Below, piece by piece: positions 57,211 to 64,000 of a DNA stretch of 64,000 nt. The stretch comes from Bacteroidota bacterium. GTDB taxonomy: Bacteria > Bacteroidota > Bacteroidia > Flavobacteriales > Flavobacteriaceae. Numbering within the stretch: the stretch's first letter is position 1; every line of letters starts with the position of its first letter. Below the pieces are notes generated by a model, which was given only the letters and a program-made list of their open reading frames with translations, ran no database searches and was not told where the DNA came from. The stretch covers positions 20,571-84,570 of the forward strand of contig JBCDBE010000002.1 in the NCBI GenBank assembly GCA_039184365.1, read 5' to 3'. The position numbers and the translations under genes are program-made.

Positions 57211-57230
57211 TATTTTTGTTGCATCAACAA
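57211..57230 (+). promoter_or_regulatory. hppD promoter -7 element overlapped by a palindromic operator
   Basis: TATTTTTG (57211-57218) overlapping TTGTTG-cat-CAACAA (57216-57230). Confidence 0.7.
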
Positions 57231-57263
57231 CAATATTGATTGGATAACATTAAAAATTACGTC

Positions 57264-58397
57264 ATGGAGACCACTACAATTCCAAAAATTCATGATGAAG
57301 CAAAAGACTTCATGCCCATTAATGGGACCGATTACATTGAATTATATGTCGGTAATTCAAAACAGGCCGCACATTACTACAAGACGGCATTTGGCTTTCA
57401 GTCTTTTGCCTACGCCGGATTGCGGACGGGGTTAAAGGATTCCGAAAGCTATGTGGTTATACAAGATAAAATTCGATTGATTTTAACCTCTCCCCTAAAA
57501 AGTGGAACGGAAATTGGCAAACACATCGATAGGCACGGTGACGGGGTCAAAGTGGTTGCCTTATGGGTAGATGATGCAAAATACGCCTATGAAACTGCAA
57601 TTGCAAAAGGGGCAAAATCATACATGGCACCCAAAATTGACGAAGACGAACATGGAAAAGTGGTGCGGTCCGGTATCCATACCTATGGTGAGACCGTCCA
57701 TATTTTTGTGGAGCGCAAAGACTATAACGGTGTTTTTCTACCAGGATTTGTTAAATGGGAGACCCCAGATCACAATCCCACTCCTTCGGGCCTAAAATAT
57801 GTGGACCACATGGTGGGCAATGTGGGTTGGGACCGCATGAACCATTGGGTGGAATTCTATGAAAATGTCATGGGCTTCGTGAACATCCTTTCCTTTGATG
57901 ACAACGACATTTCCACTGAGTACACCGCCCTGATGAGTAAAGTGATGAGCAATGGCAATGGTCGAATCAAATTCCCCATCAACGAACCTGCTGAAGGCAA
58001 GAAAAAATCGCAAGTAGAGGAATACCTTGATTTTTACGAAGGGGAAGGAGTGCAACACATTGCAGTAGCTACTGATGATATCATCAAAACAGTTCGCGAC
58101 TTACGCAGTAGAGGGGTTGAATTTTTGAGGGTGCCATCAACCTATTATGACGTGGTCACCGATCGTGTTGGTGAAATTGACGAAGATATTGCCCCATTAA
58201 GGGAATTGGGAATTTTAGTGGATCGCGATGACGAAGGATATTTATTACAGATTTTCACCAAACCAGTGGAACCTAGACCGACCATGTTCTTCGAAATCAT
58301 CCAAAGAAAAGGAGCACAATCTTTTGGAAAAGGCAACTTTAAAGCGTTGTTTGAAGCCATCGAACGTGAACAGGAACTAAGAGGTACTTTGCACTAA
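57264..58397 (+). CDS. hppD: 4-hydroxyphenylpyruvate dioxygenase
   Basis: DHMVGNV, KFPINEP, GVQHIA and FFEIIQRKGAQSFGKGNFKALFEAIE. Start ATG 57264. Confidence 0.97.
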   Translation: METTTIPKIHDEAKDFMPINGTDYIELYVGNSKQAAHYYKTAFGFQSFAYAGLRTGLKDSESYVVIQDKIRLILTSPLKSGTEIGKHIDRHGDGVKVVALWVDDAKYAYETAIAKGAKSYMAPKIDEDEHGKVVRSGIHTYGETVHIFVERKDYNGVFLPGFVKWETPDHNPTPSGLKYVDHMVGNVGWDRMNHWVEFYENVMGFVNILSFDDNDISTEYTALMSKVMSNGNGRIKFPINEPAEGKKKSQVEEYLDFYEGEGVQHIAVATDDIIKTVRDLRSRGVEFLRVPSTYYDVVTDRVGEIDEDIAPLRELGILVDRDDEGYLLQIFTKPVEPRPTMFFEIIQRKGAQSFGKGNFKALFEAIEREQELRGTLH

Positions 58398-58478
58398 AAC
58401 ATAATTTAGGGCTCAAGGTTTATTCCTATAAATTTTGAAATTGAATTTCATACTTGTATTTGAACTTAAAACAAACAC

Positions 58479-59636
58479 ATGCCCATTTATCATAAATTAG
58501 GTACGATTCCGCAGAAAAGGCACACACAATTTGAAAAGCCAGATGGCGGTTTGTATTACGAACAATTGTTTGGCACCATTGGATTTGACGGGATGGCCTC
58601 CTTACTCTACCACATACAACGCCCAACGCAAGTTGCTGCTATTGGACAAGCCATTGATATGAATCCTAAAATTGCGGTCGCCAAGAACATCCATTCCCGA
58701 AAACTGATAGGATTTGATGTCGCCCCCAAAGATGACTTTCTGGAAGCACGTGAGCCACTTTTGGTCAATAGTGATGTACACGTGGGTTTGGCGGCTCCAA
58801 AAAAATCATTGACGGAGTACTTTTACAAAAATTCGGATGCCGACGAGATGCTCTTTATTCACAGAGGTTCAGGCACCTTAAAAACATTCCTAGGGAATAT
58901 TCCATTTGAGTATGGGGATTATCTTATCATTCCAAGAGGGATGATTTATCAAATAGAATTTGACACTGAGGACAACCGCATTTTATATGCAGAATCCTTT
59001 CATCCCATTTATACTCCAAAACGCTACCGAAATTGGTTTGGACAGTTGTTGGAGCATTCCCCCTACTGTGAAAGGGACTATAAATTGCCACAAAATCTTA
59101 AGGCACATAACGAAAAGGGTGAATTTGTCATGAAAATCAGAAAACAGGGCATGTTGCACAGCTTGGTCTATGCCTCACATCCTTTTGATGTGGTGGGCTG
59201 GGATGGCTACAACTATCCCTATGGTTTCTCTATCCATAATTTTGAACCCATCACAGGTCGTGTGCACCAACCGCCACCCGTGCACCAAACTTTTGAGACC
59301 AGCGCCTTTGTAGTCTGTTCGTTCTGCCCACGGTTATATGATTATCATCCAAAGTCCATTCCAGCACCCTACAATCACTCCAATATCGACTCTGATGAAG
59401 TGTTGTATTATGTGGATGGCGATTTTATGAGTCGGACTGGAATTGGCCCCGGTTATATCTCATTACATCCAGCAGGTATTCCACATGGCCCTCACCCTGG
59501 CACCTATGAAGCCAGTATTGGAAAAAAAGGTACAGAAGAATTGGCCGTGATGATTGATACCTTCAAACCCTTAATGGTAACCGAAAATGCCCTAAAAATT
59601 GATGACGGGGAATATTATAAATCTTGGATGGAATAA
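58479..59636 (+). CDS. hmgA: homogentisate 1,2-dioxygenase
   Basis: HQPPPVHQTF, PYNHSNIDSDEV and LHPAGIPHGPHPG. Confidence 0.95.
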   Translation: MPIYHKLGTIPQKRHTQFEKPDGGLYYEQLFGTIGFDGMASLLYHIQRPTQVAAIGQAIDMNPKIAVAKNIHSRKLIGFDVAPKDDFLEAREPLLVNSDVHVGLAAPKKSLTEYFYKNSDADEMLFIHRGSGTLKTFLGNIPFEYGDYLIIPRGMIYQIEFDTEDNRILYAESFHPIYTPKRYRNWFGQLLEHSPYCERDYKLPQNLKAHNEKGEFVMKIRKQGMLHSLVYASHPFDVVGWDGYNYPYGFSIHNFEPITGRVHQPPPVHQTFETSAFVVCSFCPRLYDYHPKSIPAPYNHSNIDSDEVLYYVDGDFMSRTGIGPGYISLHPAGIPHGPHPGTYEASIGKKGTEELAVMIDTFKPLMVTENALKIDDGEYYKSWME

Positions 59637-59652
59637 AATAAATCTCTAAAAT

Positions 59653-59718
59653 GTCATTCCGACAGAGCAAAGCGACGAGGAATCTAGTTTTAGATTTCTC
59701 ACTTTCGTTCGAAATGAC
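59653..59718. repeat. REP-like palindromic intergenic element (GTCATT...AATGAC type)
   Basis: Outer arms GTCATTCCGA/TCGAAATGAC and inner arms GAGGAATCTA/TAGATTTCTC, between hmgA and fahA. Confidence 0.7.
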
Positions 59719-59736
59719 CATTAGGAAAGGACAAAC

Positions 59737-60942
59737 ATGATCATAAACATACCTGAAAACTCAGATTTTTCAATACACAACATCCCTTTTGGGATATTTT
59801 CAACCCAAGACCGAAGCAAACGCGCAGGGGTTGCCATTGGCGAACATATTTTGGATTTGGTAGCAGTCCATGAAATTGGTGTTTTTGATTTTGATGTTGC
59901 TGCACTGAACCGAAGTGATCTCAATGATTTTATTGGTTTGGGCAAAGAGGTTACCGCAAAAGTACGTACCGATATTCAGAATTGGTTGCAAGACAATAAT
60001 TCTGTCCTTGCAGGAAAGCCTGAATTATTTGTAAAACAAGCAGAGGCACAAATGCATATGCCGGTTTCCGTGGGTGATTATACCGACTTCTATTCCAGCA
60101 TTGAACATGCCACTAATGTGGGTAAAATGTTCCGTGACCCCGAAAATGCCCTTTTGCCCAATTGGAAACATATCCCTGTAGGGTATCATGGAAGGGCAAG
60201 CTCCATTGTGGTTTCAGGTGCGCCTGTTACCCGACCCAAAGGACAGACCATCCCCAAGGATTCGACCCAACCCATTTTTGGTCCTACCCAACGCCTTGAT
60301 TTTGAATTGGAGATGGGATTTGTTATAGGTAAAAACACCAAAATGGGCGAATCGGTATCTACCAACGAAGCTGAAAATTACATTTTTGGATTGGTGCTAT
60401 TCAATGATTGGTCTGCTCGGGATATCCAAAAATGGGAATATGTTCCTCTTGGACCCTTCCTTGCCAAAAATTTTGCCTCCTCCATTTCTCCATGGATTGT
60501 GACCATGGATGCCCTGGAACCCTTCCGCGTAGCGGGACCGGCACAAGAGCCAAAAGTACTGCCTTATCTGGAATACAACGGAAAAAAAAATTATGACATC
60601 CATTTAGAGGTTGCCATTAATGCTACTACGGTATGCCACTCCAATTTTAAATATATGTATTGGAATATGGCCCAACAGTTGGCCCATCATACGGTGAACG
60701 GATGCAATGTGCAAATTGGGGATATGATGGCTTCGGGCACCATTTCAGGTAAGGATGAAAACAGCTATGGATCCATGCTCGAATTGGCTTGGATGGGCAC
60801 AAAACCGGTTCAATTAAATGATGGCACGGAACGTAAATTCATCAGTGACGGTGATACGGTGACTATGAGAGGATATGGTCAAAAAGGCGATATTCGCGTG
60901 GGCTTCGGAGAAGTTTCCACCAAAGTGTTACCAGCAACATGA
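59737..60942 (+). CDS. fahA: fumarylacetoacetase
   Basis: DYTDFYSS, HIPVGYHGRASS, LDFELE and NDWSARDIQKWEYVPLGPF. Confidence 0.97.
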   Translation: MIINIPENSDFSIHNIPFGIFSTQDRSKRAGVAIGEHILDLVAVHEIGVFDFDVAALNRSDLNDFIGLGKEVTAKVRTDIQNWLQDNNSVLAGKPELFVKQAEAQMHMPVSVGDYTDFYSSIEHATNVGKMFRDPENALLPNWKHIPVGYHGRASSIVVSGAPVTRPKGQTIPKDSTQPIFGPTQRLDFELEMGFVIGKNTKMGESVSTNEAENYIFGLVLFNDWSARDIQKWEYVPLGPFLAKNFASSISPWIVTMDALEPFRVAGPAQEPKVLPYLEYNGKKNYDIHLEVAINATTVCHSNFKYMYWNMAQQLAHHTVNGCNVQIGDMMASGTISGKDENSYGSMLELAWMGTKPVQLNDGTERKFISDGDTVTMRGYGQKGDIRVGFGEVSTKVLPAT

Positions 60943-61838
60943 GTAAAATTATTGACCCATCCAAAATTTCGCAACAGGAGCTGCACGGTCTTTTATTGAC
61001 CGCAGTGGCTCCAAGACCTATTTGTTTTGCAAGCACCGTTGACAAAGCGGGCAACGTCAATTTAAGTCCGTTCAGCTATTTCAATGTCTTTAGTTCCAAT
61101 CCACCTATATTGATTTTTTCACCTGCCCGTAGCGGTCGTGATAACACCCATAAGCATTCGTATCTCAACATTAAGGAAGTGCCAGAAGTGGTCATCAACA
61201 TTGTAAATCACGACATAGTGGAACAAATGTCACTTTCCAGTACGGCCTATGACAAGGGGGTCAATGAATTTGTAAAATCCGGGCTTACTGCTGTTCAAAG
61301 CGATATGGTAAAACCCCCGCGAGTGGGTGAAGCACCCGTTTCTTTTGAATGTCAGGTCAACGAAACCATAGAGTTGGCCCAATTGCCTGGAGCCGGTAAC
61401 CTTATCATTGCCGAAGTCAAACGCATTCATCTCAATAAGGATTACCTAACCGAGGATAAATTGGATACCAAAAAATTGGATTTGGTAGGAAGAATGGGGG
61501 GTAGTTGGTACGTGAAAGCGAATGGTGATGCCCTGTTTGAAATTCCAAAACCCATTCAAACAAAAGGAATGGGTGTGGATGCCCTACCCAAAGGAATACG
61601 CGAGAGCACGGTACTTACTGGAAACAATCTTGGACGATTGGGAAATCTGGAGTCCCTACCTTCAAATAGCGAAATGGAAGAGTTGAAAAATGATGATGAG
61701 ATTCGGATGTTGGCAAAAAAAGTGGGAGCTAATATCCATGAGCACCAAAAGCAATTACATTGGCTGGCACAAAGGATATTGGAAGATGGAAATACTTCAA
61801 AGGCCATGGCGGTTCTCATCCATGCAGAAAACCTGTAG
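60939..61838 (+). CDS. flavin reductase-like (DIM6/NTAB family) protein
   Basis: PRPICFAST, NLSPFSYFN, PPRVGEAPVSFEC and LVGRMGG. ATGA overlap with fahA. Confidence 0.9.
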   Translation: MSKIIDPSKISQQELHGLLLTAVAPRPICFASTVDKAGNVNLSPFSYFNVFSSNPPILIFSPARSGRDNTHKHSYLNIKEVPEVVINIVNHDIVEQMSLSSTAYDKGVNEFVKSGLTAVQSDMVKPPRVGEAPVSFECQVNETIELAQLPGAGNLIIAEVKRIHLNKDYLTEDKLDTKKLDLVGRMGGSWYVKANGDALFEIPKPIQTKGMGVDALPKGIRESTVLTGNNLGRLGNLESLPSNSEMEELKNDDEIRMLAKKVGANIHEHQKQLHWLAQRILEDGNTSKAMAVLIHAENL

Positions 61839-61840
61839 CC

Positions 61841-62932
61841 ATGCAAAATGAAATTACCTCCATTTTTAAGCCTTTTCTTCAACCCAAGGAAGTGTACAAA
61901 GGGGGCAAGAACATTCCGCTTTCGGACAGGAAAATTTATAAGCTCTCCTCCAATGAAAACCCTATTGGCGCCTCTCCCAAAGCAGTACAGGCAGTACTTG
62001 AGGCATCTAAAAAAATAGACCGCTACCCGGATCAGTCGGATATTCGGCTTAGAAAGGCTTTGGTAAAGGACTTTGAAGGAAAATTGGAGGTTGACCAATT
62101 TATTACCGGAAATAGTGGTTCCGAAGTCATTGATATGTTACTACGTGCCTTTGTTTCTGAAGGTGATGAAGTGATTTTTTCAAATCCCTGTTTTTTACCC
62201 TATTCCGTATTTTCACGTTGGTATGGTGCAAAACAGATAGATATTCCACTGCTGAAACCGAATTACGATATGGATGTTGAAGGTATACTCAATGCAATTT
62301 CCGACAACACCAAGGTTATCTTTTTGACCAGTCCAAACAATCCAACGGGTTCCTATATTCCAAAAGCTATTTTGGAGGATTTTTTAGACAGGGTTCCTAA
62401 AACTATTTTGATTGTTTTTGATGAAGTGTATCGCCATTTTACCGATGCAAAGGATTATGTGACCGCATTGCCCTATGTCTTAAAAGACCACAATATTTTG
62501 GGATTGAACAGCTTCTCCAAGACCTACGGTCTGGCAGGCCTGCGAATCGGATACGGCTATACCACTAAAACCATTGCTAATTACTTGCGATTGATCCACA
62601 AGCCCTTTTTAATGCCATTAACCTCCTTGGAAGCGGCAATTGGCGCATTGAAAGACCATAAGTTCATTGAAGAAACGGTGAAAACCGTTCATGAAGGACG
62701 GAAGTACTTGGCAGATGCGTTTATCCCACTTGGAATTAGGTTCTGGCCAAGCCAAGCCAACTTCTTTATTATTGACCCTCCCCTGCCCGAAATGGAATTC
62801 ACCAATAAATTGATGCAACAAGGTATTATGGTGCGGCCCGTATCCCAATTTGGTGCTCCAGGCAAAGTCAGAATCACTATTGGTGACCAAGAAGCCAATG
62901 AGGCTTTGGTATCTGCGATTTCCAAACTTTAA
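61841..62932 (+). CDS. hisC: HisC-family PLP aminotransferase (probably acting on aromatic amino acids here)
   Basis: KLSSNENP, PNNPTG, DEVY and SFSKTYGLAGLRIGY. Start ATG 61841. Confidence 0.85.
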   Translation: MQNEITSIFKPFLQPKEVYKGGKNIPLSDRKIYKLSSNENPIGASPKAVQAVLEASKKIDRYPDQSDIRLRKALVKDFEGKLEVDQFITGNSGSEVIDMLLRAFVSEGDEVIFSNPCFLPYSVFSRWYGAKQIDIPLLKPNYDMDVEGILNAISDNTKVIFLTSPNNPTGSYIPKAILEDFLDRVPKTILIVFDEVYRHFTDAKDYVTALPYVLKDHNILGLNSFSKTYGLAGLRIGYGYTTKTIANYLRLIHKPFLMPLTSLEAAIGALKDHKFIEETVKTVHEGRKYLADAFIPLGIRFWPSQANFFIIDPPLPEMEFTNKLMQQGIMVRPVSQFGAPGKVRITIGDQEANEALVSAISKL

Positions 62933-62982
62933 CAAACCCAGGCCCTCCAATTGTGCAAGCAAAGTACTGGAACCGTAATTAC

Positions 62983-63999
62983 CTATAAAACAAATCGATA
63001 CGTAGCTTTTAATAAGAAGATATTCTGAGGGGTTTGCCCAAAAATATTGTCATTCAAATTCGTAAAAAGTCCGTCATCTGGGTTTCCGGATTGGGAGACG
63101 TCCTGCGACCAGACAAGGAAGATTTCAGACCCGGGAATGTACTCCCACCGAATGACCAAGTTAGAACGGAATTGAACAAATGCAAAGTCAGGGTCGTCAA
63201 AGGAAAAGTCAGTTTCCCCGTCCAAATCCTCATCTACCCAATAGGTACCGTCCAAAAATGAAACCTGCTCGGAATTATACTGTAAAAATCGGTCATTGAA
63301 ATTCGTTGCTGTGGCATCGGTAACATGCTTGAATTGGGAATACCGTCCTCTGGAGATGAAGGGTTGTCCCCAATATTGTACCGTTAAATTGGGATTGATA
63401 TTATAATTGAGTCGAATGGACATACTCAATGTACGTTGTTCGATCTTACCGTTTAAATAACGTACCCCTGTAGTGGTTTCAATATTGTCAATGTACTGTA
63501 ATCGATCGTTATTAATGCTGTATCGAGGAAATACCGAAATCCGTAAGGCATCCATCGGTTGGTATCGAAATCCAAAACTTGCGCTGTAGCGTTGAATGGA
63601 GTTGTCCAACGCCTTTCTTCCGTTATGGGAAAAATTAAGGCGAAGTTTTTTCCGACCGTCAGTTCTTATATTGTTCCAAAAACTCATCCATGGTGAAAAC
63701 CGAAGTCTTGGACCTCCTCGCAAGGCAAAATTGGAATATTGAATGGGCGCATAATTAATCCCTAAATTGGAGAACCAATTATTGTCCCAATTTTGCCAGC
63801 TGTTGGTATTAAACTGCAAATAATTATGATTGCCCCCAAAATCCCATGCACTCCAGTGGTTATAATTGATCCCCACCCTTCTGAAAGTACTATCTGGCTT
63901 TAGGGTCCTATACCCTACCCAAGTGTAATGTCTGATGTCATCCGACTCTCTTTGAAAACCAATATCGTTCAATTCCAATTCAGGGGAACGCCAGGTCCC
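62983..63999 (-). CDS. DUF5916-type outer-membrane protein, 5' part beyond window edge
   Basis: ELNDIGF, LRGGP, QFRSNLVIRWEYIPGSEIFLVW and KATYRF C-terminus. The frame stays open to the window end. Confidence 0.8.
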   Translation of the reverse strand, partial: GTWRSPELELNDIGFQRESDDIRHYTWVGYRTLKPDSTFRRVGINYNHWSAWDFGGNHNYLQFNTNSWQNWDNNWFSNLGINYAPIQYSNFALRGGPRLRFSPWMSFWNNIRTDGRKKLRLNFSHNGRKALDNSIQRYSASFGFRYQPMDALRISVFPRYSINNDRLQYIDNIETTTGVRYLNGKIEQRTLSMSIRLNYNINPNLTVQYWGQPFISRGRYSQFKHVTDATATNFNDRFLQYNSEQVSFLDGTYWVDEDLDGETDFSFDDPDFAFVQFRSNLVIRWEYIPGSEIFLVWSQDVSQSGNPDDGLFTNLNDNIFGQTPQNIFLLKATYRFVL

Positions 64000-64000
64000 C

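Noticed and set aside
1-64000. CRISPR arrays or long tandem repeats
   Set aside because: No regularly spaced repeats were seen, and intergenic gaps are short and mostly accounted for.

Overview
Chromosomal segment of a marine-type Flavobacteriaceae bacterium (inferred from gene set, gene order and TAnnTTTG promoters). 1-16.4 kb is core genome: the alternative complex III operon (actABCDEF) followed by aa3-type cytochrome c oxidase subunits II and I, a SPOR protein, and rimP-nusA-infB. About 16.5-41.5 kb is an accessory interval between rimP and the 3' end of tRNA-Gln(TTG), with no integrase seen. It holds (i) miscellaneous envelope/enzyme genes and decayed gene remnants, (ii) a six-gene operon (AlgE-like porin, exported YciI-family protein, probable beta-propeller lipoprotein, Ig-like lipoprotein, FMN reductase, luciferase-like monooxygenase) downstream of two tandem Crp/Fnr regulators with duplicated TTAAT-N4-ATTAA boxes, and (iii) a tightly coupled TolC(binding-domain fusion)-MFP-RND-nucleotidyl cyclase-K+ channel cluster preceded by a Na+/H+ antiporter. 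41.8-64 kb is mostly core or semi-core: DUF2723 glycosyltransferase, Cys-less thioredoxin, two metallophosphoesterases, cutC, glycosylasparaginase, polA, a CpcT-like lipoprotein, a sulfatase, and a MarR-associated tyrosine/homogentisate catabolic operon. No CRISPR array, rRNA, transposase or phage genes were seen. The best candidate for an undescribed system is the 24.7-31.6 kb Crp-linked envelope/flavin operon, possibly wired to the adjacent cyclase-channel-efflux cluster. All family assignments come from motif recognition by eye, not database searches.
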